Origin: an uncultured virus (IMG/VR IMGVR_UViG_3300042445_002545)
Lineage: Duplodnaviria; Heunggongvirae; Uroviricota; Caudoviricetes
Reading direction: 5' to 3' (one strand)
Length of the DNA: 64,000 nt
Virus record (IMG/VR): IMGVR_UViG_3300042445_002545
Under the pieces are notes generated by a model. It was not told where the DNA came from, ran no database searches, and saw nothing but the letters and a program-made list of their open reading frames with translations. This document shows positions 50,963 through 61,736 of this stretch, one piece after another (the first letter of the stretch is position 1; each line of letters opens with the position of its first letter). The position numbers and the translations under genes were made by a program.

Positions 50963-52173
50963 GAATCGAATCTAACTTCTAAAGTTGTATAATCTTGTTT
51001 TATATTATAGAATTCTTTTCTAATATAAATTAATAAAGCATTTACCAAACCTTGGTCAACCTTTTTAGGTAAATCTGAATTATCAAATATACTATCCATT
51101 TCTTCAATAGCCTGGTCAGCCATTGCTATTAAATTTTCCAAATCAACTTCACCACGTCTAATTGCAAGTAACTCTTGAGCATCTTCTCTACGAACATTAA
51201 TACCTTCACCTCTACCAATCTCTTGGGCCATTCTAATAAGTCGGATACAATGCATCATATTCTTACCATCGATGCGTTGACCATGTTCTTGCGTTTCAAC
51301 ATAACGAGTATCATTACGGTTTTCCAACCATTCTTGGTATTCTCTATAATCTTTGCAGTGCACAGTGTAACCGTCTTTGTTGTAGATAATATTACAAATA
51401 GGTGTTTCACCTTTTGGTATGCTTGAAAGACGTAGTTGGTTGGATTCAGCCGCATTTGTACCTTCACCAGACTTGACTAAACCTTTATAACCAAATCCTA
51501 ATGGCAAATTGTTCTTAGTTCTATTTTGTTTTGCAGACTCCCTTACATTTTCAGGAATTGATTCACTAAAACACAAAGTTGCTAACATATCAAAGTAAAC
51601 AGCATAAACGTCTCTTGCATTTGGAACATTTACAACCCCAATAAATTTTTCTTCGTAGTTGTAATCCTCGTTCCAAACTTTCCATGGAATAGATTTTTCA
51701 CCTTCAATAACATAACAGAAATCCAATACATCTTTACGAGTCACTTTGTCTTTCTCCCAGTTTTGTTTCTTATCAAGACCTTTCGCCTTCTTGATTTGTT
51801 GTCTAGCGTAGCCACCGAATGAATCCTTACAAATCTTTGTAATAAACTCATCCTTATGCGCAATTATAACATCAAACAATGGATGTTTAGATACAATGCA
51901 ATCTTCAGGGCTATTAAGTAATTCTAAAACTGTTGGGTTATTGCTACCCATTAGTTCTAGGAAACGTCTAATTTCCCACCCAACGTAATCTTTATTTACG
52001 TTTATTTGTTCAACATACCCAGTACCTAAGATATAATCTTGTGGTAGTATATATACAAATTTTTTGTCTATATCAGATGTTGGTGTCTGCGTTCCATACG
52101 CTTGTGACCCAACTATTGTTTCAAATAGGATTAACCCATTTTCAACTAAAAATTCATGCGTTATTTGTTTCAT
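50959..52173 (-). CDS. Pol-beta-superfamily nucleotidyltransferase (YcgL/RlaP-like)
   Basis: GSQAYGTQTPTSDID, NNPTVLELL, KNMMHCIRL, LLAIRRGE. Confidence 0.85.
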   Translation of the reverse strand: MKQITHEFLVENGLILFETIVGSQAYGTQTPTSDIDKKFVYILPQDYILGTGYVEQINVNKDYVGWEIRRFLELMGSNNPTVLELLNSPEDCIVSKHPLFDVIIAHKDEFITKICKDSFGGYARQQIKKAKGLDKKQNWEKDKVTRKDVLDFCYVIEGEKSIPWKVWNEDYNYEEKFIGVVNVPNARDVYAVYFDMLATLCFSESIPENVRESAKQNRTKNNLPLGFGYKGLVKSGEGTNAAESNQLRLSSIPKGETPICNIIYNKDGYTVHCKDYREYQEWLENRNDTRYVETQEHGQRIDGKNMMHCIRLIRMAQEIGRGEGINVRREDAQELLAIRRGEVDLENLIAMADQAIEEMDSIFDNSDLPKKVDQGLVNALLIYIRKEFYNIKQDYTTLEVRFDS

Positions 52174-52689
52174 AATTCTTTTTTAAATTTAAATTACTAA
52201 TGAGTATTTGTTGAACGTACAATATTTTCATGTTCATCATCACCACCAAACCTTACTTCGATATAATCACAGTAATTATCTTGCTCTGAATCCAACCACT
52301 TACAGAATTGTTCTCTGGCTATATCACCATTTTTAGAAGTGTCCCAACCCTCTTTACTACCATCTGGTGCAATAAAGAAAGAAGATTGTCCATTGGTTAA
52401 ACCAGATATAATTTCACCAATTAATTTACTACCATGACGCTCAATAAGCTCACCGCTAAATTGCTCTTCAAATATTTCAATAGCTTTATTTCGTGCCTCT
52501 AGTACTTTATCTCCTTGCCACCCAGTAACTATAATCGCATTATGTTTAATATACCCCATTTTAATTTACTTTTTTACAAATATACTAATAATTCTTTAAT
52601 ATACCAAAAATTTTGCAAATATAATATAAAAAAAATCAAAATAAATAGTATTTAGTATTATTAAAAAATATTTATAATAAAAGACTATT

Positions 52690-52950
52690 ATGGTGTGGTA
52701 TAAAAAAGTTAGTAACTGGATAACGGGGTTATTTAAAGATGAAAAGGGTAGTCCTTCATCAAAAAGATTTATTGGTATTATATGTGGTTTATCTTTATGT
52801 GTTTCATTATTTATAAACCAATATACAGGTCATAAACCATCTGATGCCTTGGTTGATTCTGTTGCACTATTAGCATTTGGTTGTTTAGGTTTATCTTCAG
52901 TCGATAAAATATGGGCTAAAAGAGATGGTAAAGTAGAAGAAAATAATTAA
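52690..52950 (+). CDS. Small two-TM membrane protein (holin-like)
   Basis: SSKRF followed by two hydrophobic helices; TATTTATA upstream. Confidence 0.5.
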   Translation: MVWYKKVSNWITGLFKDEKGSPSSKRFIGIICGLSLCVSLFINQYTGHKPSDALVDSVALLAFGCLGLSSVDKIWAKRDGKVEENN

Positions 52951-53603
52951 TTATTTTTTTCAGAAGCATATTTAACACCCATTATTGTCCCCACAATACT
53001 AAATGCGTTGGTTAATAATATACCAACGATATTACTCCATGTTGAGCCTACAATTGCTGTATCTCTATTTGTAAGTAAAGAAATAATAAAGACACCTGTG
53101 GTTATAATACCTACGCTGATAATAATCCATAGTGCAACTTTAACAATTGACCCTATCAATTCAAATTGTGACTTCTTCTGTAATAATTCTAAATCATTTT
53201 CAACTGAAGCTCTAGCATTTTCAGCTTCACGTCTAGCTATTTCAGATTCTTCTCTGGCATTTTCAGCTTCTATTTTTAAATGTTCAGCTTCAAATCTAGC
53301 TGATTCAGCTTCATTTTTAGCACATTCATTTTCTTTTAAACTATGAATTAATTCTTCTTGTATTCGAATATTCTCTTCCTTCCAGGTAATTAATTCATTA
53401 TTTTGTTTTTGAATTTGTTTTGTGATTTCCAACCTTTTTTTTCGGGTTGTCATATCTTTGTCAACACAACTTTTGATATATTTTTCAAATAGTTCATCAC
53501 CATCAGTATCAATAACTTTAAGAATATTACCCTCAAGTGAAATCTTTTTAGTTTTATGTAACTGAATTAATAAATCTTTAGTCTTGTTGTCAACTTTAAT
53601 CAT
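52947..53603 (-). CDS. Coiled-coil protein with two C-terminal TMs
   Basis: AENAR-type heptad repeats; overlaps the stop codon of the receiver gene. Confidence 0.7.
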   Translation of the reverse strand: MIKVDNKTKDLLIQLHKTKKISLEGNILKVIDTDGDELFEKYIKSCVDKDMTTRKKRLEITKQIQKQNNELITWKEENIRIQEELIHSLKENECAKNEAESARFEAEHLKIEAENAREESEIARREAENARASVENDLELLQKKSQFELIGSIVKVALWIIISVGIITTGVFIISLLTNRDTAIVGSTWSNIVGILLTNAFSIVGTIMGVKYASEKNN

Positions 53604-54037
53604 TTATATACTTTAAATTTGTTCGTTCTATTCTTATAACCATCATAATCATTTCTAAATTCTTCCAATCTAGGTTCTATTTCATCAGATTTAATAATCC
53701 AGAATTGAGCACCAGCTTGTAACGCTTTTGATTGTTCTTCAGCTTCATCACTTGATGATATTATTCCTATTACAACATGATTACCATATTCGAAGTTTAT
53801 TTTTCTAACTAATTCAATACCATCAAATGATGAACCAATTATATTTAAATCTACAAATACGCATTCTGGTTTGTCATGGATATTATTAGTGTCAAACCAT
53901 TCTTTAAATAGCTTTTCAGCTTCATCTGCACTAGTCAGACTTTCTAATGATAATGTGATATCTAATAAGCTGCAAGCATCTTCAAATACTAAATGGAATA
54001 AATCTTCATCGTCCACTAATAAAATTGAGTTAATCAT
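53600..54037 (-). CDS. Single-domain response regulator (receiver)
   Basis: LLVDDE, FVDLNI, DGIELV, ISSS, IIK. Confidence 0.9.
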   Translation of the reverse strand: MINSILLVDDEDLFHLVFEDACSLLDITLSLESLTSADEAEKLFKEWFDTNNIHDKPECVFVDLNIIGSSFDGIELVRKINFEYGNHVVIGIISSSDEAEEQSKALQAGAQFWIIKSDEIEPRLEEFRNDYDGYKNRTNKFKVYK

Positions 54038-54048
54038 AATTGTTTTTT

Positions 54049-55476
54049 TTATTTAATTTTTATTTTTGTCCCTTGTGACATTTTTTCTACTGTTATACTA
54101 AACCCATGTTCTTTAAGAATTGCTTTACAGATGTTTAAACCTAAACCTGTACCAGTTTCTTTTTGACCTTCTTTTCTTACATACGGTTTTGATAACTCAT
54201 CAAATTCCTTTTGTGTAATACCTCTACCATTGTCCTCAACACAAATATAACCATCTTCTAAGTATATTTTAATAAATCTACTCGGACTGTCATTATATTT
54301 TAAACCATTTCTTATTAGGTTATCTATTGCTGTACAAAATAATGCTTCATTAACTTCAATTGTGGGTAAATTATTATCCAGTAAAACTTGTGATTTATAT
54401 GCTGTTGCTGATAAGTAATCTTGGAGGATGTCTTTGATATTGTATTCACCCTTATTTAAGGTTGAGTCTTTTTTAACTAGGTTTGTGAATTCATATACAC
54501 CTTTATAAACTTTTTGTGTATGCTTTAGTCCCTCTTTAATCATTTTAAGTGGTGCCTCAATTTTAAGGTTATTAATATCTTCTTGTGTTAATCTCCTTTC
54601 TAATGAAGAAAGACCTCTGGGCATATAAGTATTAATACCAGAATGCATATCATGTCTTAAAATTTTAGCAGCATGTTCTAGATATGTGTTTTTCTTTTCA
54701 ATTTCTTCAGATTGTAAAATTTTATCTGTAACATCAATGGCAATTTTCATAATTTTAACCACCTTTCCATTATCATCTAGAATTGGGTTATATGTTGCTT
54801 GTAGCCAAATTATTTCACCACCATGTTTAATTCTAGAAAATCTAGATGATATAAATTCACCTCTACTAAGTTTAACCCAAAATTCTTTATAATCCTCACT
54901 TTTTGAATACTCACTATCAACAAATATACTATGGTGTTTACCGATTAATTCTTCTTGAGAATAACCCATGATATGACAAAAATTATCATTAGCTAATATT
55001 ATATTACCAAATAAATCAAATTCAATAACCGCATTTGATTGGTTAATAGCATTAATTATATTTTTAATCTCTAATTCATTTTTTTTAACTAATGTAACAT
55101 CATGCCTAATTGAAATAAAACCCATTAATTTGCCATTAATATCAAATTCAGCTTTTATATAGGTATCAACATAGTAAAAATCACCGTTTTTAGTTTTATT
55201 TGTAACAACTGAGTTCCAGATACCCTTGTCAACTATAACAGTCTTATACATGTTTGACCAAAAATTTTTATTATGAATCCCAGAATTAACGATATTATGG
55301 TTTTTACCCACAACTTCTTCTAATGACCACCCAGAAACTTCTTCGAATTTTTTATTAACATATGTGATGTTACCTTTAGCATCTGCTTTAGAAATTAAAA
55401 CTGAACTATCAACAAATTGACTAAAGTCATATAATTCTTTATTTAAGTCATTAATTTTATCTAAAGGGTCTTGCAT
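54049..55476 (-). CDS. PAS-PAS sensor histidine kinase
   Basis: Two PAS/PAC domains, LRHDM H-box, DNLIRNGLKY, DNGRG, GTGLGL. Confidence 0.92.
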   Translation of the reverse strand: MQDPLDKINDLNKELYDFSQFVDSSVLISKADAKGNITYVNKKFEEVSGWSLEEVVGKNHNIVNSGIHNKNFWSNMYKTVIVDKGIWNSVVTNKTKNGDFYYVDTYIKAEFDINGKLMGFISIRHDVTLVKKNELEIKNIINAINQSNAVIEFDLFGNIILANDNFCHIMGYSQEELIGKHHSIFVDSEYSKSEDYKEFWVKLSRGEFISSRFSRIKHGGEIIWLQATYNPILDDNGKVVKIMKIAIDVTDKILQSEEIEKKNTYLEHAAKILRHDMHSGINTYMPRGLSSLERRLTQEDINNLKIEAPLKMIKEGLKHTQKVYKGVYEFTNLVKKDSTLNKGEYNIKDILQDYLSATAYKSQVLLDNNLPTIEVNEALFCTAIDNLIRNGLKYNDSPSRFIKIYLEDGYICVEDNGRGITQKEFDELSKPYVRKEGQKETGTGLGLNICKAILKEHGFSITVEKMSQGTKIKIK

Positions 55477-55577
55477 TTAAAAAATGTGTTTAAAACTTAT
55501 TTATAACAAAAAATGCGGACATCTATGTTTAATTATAAATAGTCCGCATTAATTCAAATGTTAATAAATTTTAATAT

Positions 55578-56168
55578 TTATTTTATAAATCCATCTTTAT
55601 ATAAAGTATGTAAATAAATTGAGTGCTCTACGCACATTTCTTTAGCTTTCATAACGCCAATTTCAAAATCGTCTGTTGTATAATCAACAGCTCTACCAAT
55701 CGACATGTGTAATCCAAAATAAGGTTTACCTAACCCCAATTCTGAACGTATCATTTGTAATTCTTCTCTATCCTCATGTGGAATATTAAACCACCAGTGA
55801 TAATCACTATTTGGTTCAGAAGAATCAGTTTTTGGTGATAGGTCTATTATAACCTCAATTTTTTTACCATTCCATTTAGTTTTTATTTCTTCCCATTTAC
55901 CATTCATATCTGAAGCTCTATCATTTATGAATGTTATATGAGCACCTCTTAATGGTTTATGCAACTTTAAATTATATCGCTTCTTAAGAAACCACATATA
56001 GTATTCGCAAACATCACCAGGTATAACAACCATAGCTACTTTCTTCCAAGAAGATTGTTTGCTGTGTTTTAAAGTCTTATCTTCTGGGTCAAAAACTATT
56101 TTACCAGTTAACTTAACAGTATTAGTTTGCCAATTTGAATTTTGGTAAGAATTCTCTAAGGAATGCAT
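55578..56168 (-). CDS. Second 2H-phosphoesterase-like protein (start uncertain)
   Basis: AHITF and LHMSIG motifs. Confidence 0.6.
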   Translation of the reverse strand: MHSLENSYQNSNWQTNTVKLTGKIVFDPEDKTLKHSKQSSWKKVAMVVIPGDVCEYYMWFLKKRYNLKLHKPLRGAHITFINDRASDMNGKWEEIKTKWNGKKIEVIIDLSPKTDSSEPNSDYHWWFNIPHEDREELQMIRSELGLGKPYFGLHMSIGRAVDYTTDDFEIGVMKAKEMCVEHSIYLHTLYKDGFIK

Positions 56169-56898
56169 TTTTTGGTCCACCGATTTTTTCAACCCATTTT
56201 TCATAATTAATTGCGTTTCTTTTTTCTAATTCTTCTATTTTTTTATCACTAGGTCTTGTTCTAGAATATGGTAGCACTTCTTTCTCAAAGTTTGGATAAG
56301 TTTCTTTATTAAACACTCTCTCATCAACCAAGAACACAACAGCTGTTAATGTGTCATTTAAATCTGGTTCATAAAATTCTGAAAATAACACACCGTTCTC
56401 ATATAACGTATCTCTACTTTTTTGTAAGGAACCATACCATCTATCATCCTTTGAATTATTCGTTGTTCCACCATTTAATATAATAAATGTCTTATCTTGT
56501 TTTCTCCATTTATTAAACCCAATCTGATTTGATTTTAACAATGCTTCACCAAAGTTAATACTACGACAAATATGATTACCATCAAACATCAAATTATTAT
56601 ATTCTTGAACAGCATGTCCATATTGAATCGCTGATTGTATAGAACTAATATTATATGGTACTAAACCATACATTCTATATTCCAAATACGATTCACCTTT
56701 TCTAGGTTGTGAATTTGGTTTTACAGTGCATGATGTAATCATTTGTAAAAACTCAACCCTACCAACAAAATACATTTCAAAAAAATGTCTTTCTTTTGAC
56801 CCATAGAATTCTTCTGGCCACTCATTTAAATCAAGTGGTCTTATGTTATATTCAACACACCATTCATATGGTGTTTTAGTTTCTTCTACGTTTTTCAT
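56122..56898 (-). CDS. Peptidyl-tRNA hydrolase 2-like protein
   Basis: AIQYGHA, KTFIIL, FYEPDLNDTLTAV. Confidence 0.5.
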   Translation of the reverse strand: MKNVEETKTPYEWCVEYNIRPLDLNEWPEEFYGSKERHFFEMYFVGRVEFLQMITSCTVKPNSQPRKGESYLEYRMYGLVPYNISSIQSAIQYGHAVQEYNNLMFDGNHICRSINFGEALLKSNQIGFNKWRKQDKTFIILNGGTTNNSKDDRWYGSLQKSRDTLYENGVLFSEFYEPDLNDTLTAVVFLVDERVFNKETYPNFEKEVLPYSRTRPSDKKIEELEKRNAINYEKWVEKIGGPKNAFLREFLPKFKLAN

Positions 56899-57049
56899 AT
56901 AAAATTTTAATTATCAAAGCCAACCCAATTGTTGCCAATATTATAAATAAATAATAAAGTAATTTAAGTGTTATAACCACACATATAAAACTTAAAATTA
57001 TTAGTAATCCCCAGTAAAACCCTTTTTTTAATCTATCAAACATACTTTT

Positions 57050-57448
57050 TTATTTTCTTCCAAAATCAGCTGGAATTTCACCCCATTCTTTAGTCAACCA
57101 TTTATTAATTTTAATATCTTTGGTCTTTAAAAATTTACAAGCTTTATCCATCCTCCCAATTATATCACCAGCAGCTGATGATTTGTGTTTTTTATCCCTA
57201 ACCCAAGCAATGGCAGTTACACTGTCTGACCAAATGTTTGGTTCAATCCCCTTTTTATCACAATAATGAATTGCATGACATATTGCTAAAAATTCAGCAA
57301 CATTGTTGGTTCCAGGTCCCAAATGTTCTTCAAATATGATTTGACCCGTTTCCAAGTCAACACCACGATAAAAACATGGACCTGGATTACCTACAGTACC
57401 ACCGTCAACACATATACCACTTGTTGGTTTAGAATTGTCTTGTGTCAT
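57050..57448 (-). CDS. rnhA: Ribonuclease HI
   Basis: VDGG..GNPG, TNNVAEFLAI, WSDS.TA..WV, WGEIPADFGRK. Confidence 0.9.
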   Translation of the reverse strand: MTQDNSKPTSGICVDGGTVGNPGPCFYRGVDLETGQIIFEEHLGPGTNNVAEFLAICHAIHYCDKKGIEPNIWSDSVTAIAWVRDKKHKSSAAGDIIGRMDKACKFLKTKDIKINKWLTKEWGEIPADFGRK

Positions 57449-57649
57449 CTACAAATAAATTAGGGTTAGCTTCAATCCAATCTATAATTGGTTTTTGAAA
57501 CATCGCTCGAAAACCATGCATGTATAATACATCAGCAACAATGTGGAATTCTTCACCCATTGTGAATGTTAGTGGTTGTGGAACACCATTAAGTGTTACT
57601 TCCATAGCTTTCTTTAATCTGAAAACTTTATTCGAATATTTTACTCTGC

Positions 57650-58708
57650 TCATAATCCTACTAATTCATTTAATTTTATTAAAAACATTTCTCTCGTTTT
57701 AGTTGAAATGTATTTATTTATTTCTTTGGGTTCAAGATTATTCTCAATCATGGTATCCATTTCTTCTTTGATAACATCATTTACAACCCATCTAATTACG
57801 TCACCCATTTTCTTAACATCTAATGGTTCTTCATTAGGGAATACGTTTTCGATTGCTTGGTTAACACGACTTTCGGTAACCGAATATTCTACAAACTCTT
57901 TAATTGAGTTTAATTTTTCAACATCAACAGTTGCTAAGGTTTTAACTTTAGAGGAGCTATGTAATTCACCCTTCACCTTGAACCTATGTACAACATTTTG
58001 AAATTCACAAGACCAAACGATACCTTCACCAATCCCTGAGAAGCCAAATGCTTTCGCTACAGGACATTCTTCCTCAACTGCAATAGTCAACTCGGATAAT
58101 TGATTTTGAATCAACTGAGGCATGTTAAAATCGATATCAATTGAATACGTTTCATAATCATCGATATTGTAAATTTTAACCTCTGGTGCTCTCAAGTATG
58201 TTGAATCAACCCAATAAGCTGGATTAGCTTTTAATTCTTCTTCAGTTTCAGTATGTGGTGTAATTTTAACACCAAATATGAAGAATGATTTAGGTAAGTT
58301 GGAAATACCAACACCTTTTTGAATATTACCACCAGCCCATTCACCATAAATACTAATAGTATTATTGTTTCTATTAATATTTTCTTTTTCAGCAACATGT
58401 AACATTAAACCATAAAAAATATCCTTATTTGATTCCACAAAGAATGCAAATCCAGCGTTATCTTTTTCTGGTGTGATGATATTCTCACGAGATTGTGCCC
58501 ACAAATCATCTTGACTATTATAAGAAACACCAGCATTAGTACCATGTAATTTTATAGTACCTTTAAAGGTTAATACTGGTTTAGGTAAATTTGGGTCATA
58601 AATCGCCTCACCATTTTCATCTAAACCAACAAAATTGTATCGTCTATTAACATTAGAAACAACAGTTCTAAATTGTTCAATAGACGGAAATTTAATCATT
58701 TTTTTCAT
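57650..58708 (-). CDS. RNA ligase, Rnl2-like
   Basis: KLHGTN, QSR, YGEW, FFIFG, EGIVW, FKVK. Confidence 0.85.
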   Translation of the reverse strand: MKKMIKFPSIEQFRTVVSNVNRRYNFVGLDENGEAIYDPNLPKPVLTFKGTIKLHGTNAGVSYNSQDDLWAQSRENIITPEKDNAGFAFFVESNKDIFYGLMLHVAEKENINRNNNTISIYGEWAGGNIQKGVGISNLPKSFFIFGVKITPHTETEEELKANPAYWVDSTYLRAPEVKIYNIDDYETYSIDIDFNMPQLIQNQLSELTIAVEEECPVAKAFGFSGIGEGIVWSCEFQNVVHRFKVKGELHSSSKVKTLATVDVEKLNSIKEFVEYSVTESRVNQAIENVFPNEEPLDVKKMGDVIRWVVNDVIKEEMDTMIENNLEPKEINKYISTKTREMFLIKLNELVGL

Positions 58709-58718
58709 ATTTTTAAAA

Positions 58719-60107
58719 TTAATTTAAACCTTTTGCCATATTTTCAATTGCCATTATTGATTCCAAAGAATCGCACGTATCTTTATCGTCACGTAGTTGT
58801 TTGAACACTGGGTGTAGCAACGCATAGTTACCATTTGAGTCATGTGATAATCCAGAACATTTAACTTCAATAATTGTCCCCATCAAAGATTCTTGGTTTT
58901 CTGTGATATGTTGCATCAAGCTCTCATTCATACCAGTTGGTCTCGTAAATAATTTACCATCAGCTGATTCAGCATTTACAGATGAGATTACATGCTCATT
59001 TTTACCTGTTCCATAGTTAAAACCAACAATACGTAAATCAACATCCATTTCCAACTTCATTTTTATTTGCCAATTTGGTTTACCATCTTTCCATGTACCC
59101 TTTATATCTTTAAGAATAGTACCCTCTTGACCAGTAGCTAGTATATCTTGGAAATGTGACATAGCTTCATCATATGTGTAAACCATAACCGCATCAACTA
59201 TTGAAACCATAGATAACCCTTTAGTGTTAATTAAAATGCCAGCTTTATTAGCTCGGTTCAAATAAGGTACATCTGATTTTTTATCGAAATATTCATCAAC
59301 AGTAATTGTATCCCAAATAGTGTATCTAATCGAGTTCAAAGCTGTTTCAAAGTTACCATGTTTTTCCTCAAAAGCTGCTAATTTTTTACCATTTTCGACT
59401 TCTGTTCTAGAATCTCTCTTACCACAAATATCAATAAGTGATGCAATGATACCATTAGATTCATAACGAGATACATTATCTATAGTTAACTCACCATTAA
59501 ATACACAATCATCCAAAGATGATAATTCATCGATAAATTTAGCTCCAGTAACAATTGTTGGTTCGCCTTGACGACTTTCTAATTCAACTTCACCACCACG
59601 AATGATTGCATTACAATAACGACCATCCATTTTAATTTGTGACACACCAACACCACCATTTTCGAATATTTTACGAGCTTTCTTTTCATCAAAAGATACT
59701 GCACCCATATAAGGTGTATCTTCAATAAGTCCCTTGATTACTTTATTCATGTTTGAAGTACCCATACCGATTTTACAATCTTTCTCAATAATTCGTTCGA
59801 TGATATAAGCATTGTCAGAATCCACACTAGCCAACAAATCACGCAAGAAGTTAAGTGCATCACCACCAGTTACATGTCTATCAATTATGTGTTGTAACTC
59901 ACTAACTGCAAAATCTAATGAATTATTTTGGTTAGCATTCCTAGTATATGTTGGGAGTTGTTTAATATAAAACTTAATTCGTTTTGAATTAGCCAAATAT
60001 AATACACGTTTCAATAATTCGTTGTCAGCGTATTTTCCTAAAATAACCATCTTTTGGTTAGTGCTACTCTCAGCAGCGATTTCATCAAAAATTTGTTTAA
60101 TATTCAT
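58719..60107 (-). CDS. ATP-dependent DNA ligase
   Basis: KMDGR, SRQG, NGEL, EGTILK, KMK, C-terminal OB fold HPVF..LRDDK. Confidence 0.92.
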   Translation of the reverse strand: MNIKQIFDEIAAESSTNQKMVILGKYADNELLKRVLYLANSKRIKFYIKQLPTYTRNANQNNSLDFAVSELQHIIDRHVTGGDALNFLRDLLASVDSDNAYIIERIIEKDCKIGMGTSNMNKVIKGLIEDTPYMGAVSFDEKKARKIFENGGVGVSQIKMDGRYCNAIIRGGEVELESRQGEPTIVTGAKFIDELSSLDDCVFNGELTIDNVSRYESNGIIASLIDICGKRDSRTEVENGKKLAAFEEKHGNFETALNSIRYTIWDTITVDEYFDKKSDVPYLNRANKAGILINTKGLSMVSIVDAVMVYTYDEAMSHFQDILATGQEGTILKDIKGTWKDGKPNWQIKMKLEMDVDLRIVGFNYGTGKNEHVISSVNAESADGKLFTRPTGMNESLMQHITENQESLMGTIIEVKCSGLSHDSNGNYALLHPVFKQLRDDKDTCDSLESIMAIENMAKGLN

Positions 60108-60349
60108 AGCTTATTTTTTTACTGGTGGGTGATACATTTCTCTCATTTTTCTAATTATGAGAATGACATAAGCATCATGTTCAGGTGAATTAATAGATGA
60201 ATATAATGATTCTTTAATTTGAGTCCAATTATCATCATCCTCGTCTATAATTTCCATTTTAGCCTTTTCTTCAGCAGCTTTTCTAATTGCTTCAGTACCT
60301 TCTCTCATAGCAGCTTCAGCTCTTTCATTTTTCCAATCTTCACTCATAA

Positions 60350-60859
60350 TTATACAGTTTCTAATTTATTAATACCTAATAAAGTATCTAAGTGCTCCCA
60401 CATTCTTTTACCATCAGACGGTGTATTCAAATATAGGGCACCTTTGAATTCTTGGTATTCTTTTGCATACATATCAATCTTACCACCATGTTCAATGTTG
60501 GCAATTCTATCAGCCAATTTAAGAATAATTGCATCAGGGTTAGCAGATGTTTTAGGCAATGTTTTAACTTTTTTCTCTTTTCTAGTTCTACCTTGCTCAT
60601 CAGTTACATCATAAACCATCTCAGCAACCTCAATACCAAAATGCTTTTTGATATCGTTGTATGATATACCATCATCCTCTATGCTATCATGCAAATAGCC
60701 AGCAACAATATACTTTCCAGAGAAGCCAAATCTTTTTAAGACATCAACAACATCATCTAAGTGTTTTTCATAAGGAAAAATTTCATCATATGATTGATTA
60801 GAGTGTGCTTTAACCCCAACCATTCTAGCTTCTTTGTAAGTTTTTTCTGTATAGTTCAT
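60350..60859 (-). CDS. HD-domain hydrolase (SpoT/MESH1-like)
   Basis: AH..Q..PY..H, LHDSIED, VTD, LKLADRIAN. Confidence 0.88.
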   Translation of the reverse strand: MNYTEKTYKEARMVGVKAHSNQSYDEIFPYEKHLDDVVDVLKRFGFSGKYIVAGYLHDSIEDDGISYNDIKKHFGIEVAEMVYDVTDEQGRTRKEKKVKTLPKTSANPDAIILKLADRIANIEHGGKIDMYAKEYQEFKGALYLNTPSDGKRMWEHLDTLLGINKLETV

Positions 60860-61397
60860 ATTTAATAATTTGTTTGCATTTTATGAATAATTAATTCACC
60901 TTCTTTATCATTTCTAACATCTAATTTTAGATAAGGTCTGTCAAATTGTAAATCATGGTCATATTCGTCAATAACATTTGTATAAAAATCATCGTGACCC
61001 ATAAGTATTGGTCTACGTCTTCCTTTACCTAAAACACCTTTTTTAGTTAGAAATAAGTTTTCTTCAATAAGTGTTGATAATCTATCTTCTAGATTAAGTA
61101 TATCATTAGCAAATCTTGTCCTTAGATTTGTGAATTCTTCTTCGGTTGGTGCTGCTTCATGTAGTTCTCCCTTTCCACCACTTGTTCTATGGTTATCCAC
61201 ATAATTTTCTCTATTATATGGAATGTTATTAACTTCATTCACTAAAGCCTCTAAATCATATCTTACTGTTATCCCTAATACATTAATTGTTTTCATATTA
61301 CAAATATACGAATAATATTTCAATTTCACAAATAAAATAATAAAATATTTTATTTTTTATTAAACCAAAAGATATTTATTAATAAATCTATCAAAAC

Positions 61398-61718
61398 GTG
61401 AAAGTAAAATATATAATTAACAATTCTGATGAAGTATTAATTGGTCAAACAATAAACGGAAGTTTATCTATTACAAATAACGTAACTGGTAAAACTGTTT
61501 ATTCAGAATACTTTATTGGTGATGGTTCTCAATTGGGTGGGGTAGTTGGTTTAACTTATACTGAAATGGGTTTTACCATAACATCACCAGCACCATCAAC
61601 TATAAATCAAAATGTAGTTTTACCTTATAATTCAACAGTAACATACCCAACACCATTAACTATTGGTAGTGGTTTTAGTGTAGTGGTTTCAAGTGGAACT
61701 ACTTTAACAATAATTTAA
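61398..61718 (+). CDS. Probable virion/tail-associated beta-rich protein
   Basis: FIGDGSQL motif, T/S/V-rich; TATTTATT upstream. Confidence 0.55.
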   Translation: MKVKYIINNSDEVLIGQTINGSLSITNNVTGKTVYSEYFIGDGSQLGGVVGLTYTEMGFTITSPAPSTINQNVVLPYNSTVTYPTPLTIGSGFSVVVSSGTTLTII

Positions 61719-61736
61719 AATTTAAAATTAAAAAAA

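Noticed and set aside
56100..56204. Programmed +1 frameshift fusing the PTH2-like and 2H-like genes
   Set aside because: No convincing slippery site at AAC-TAA; an in-frame ATG at 56168 with A-rich context explains the overlap
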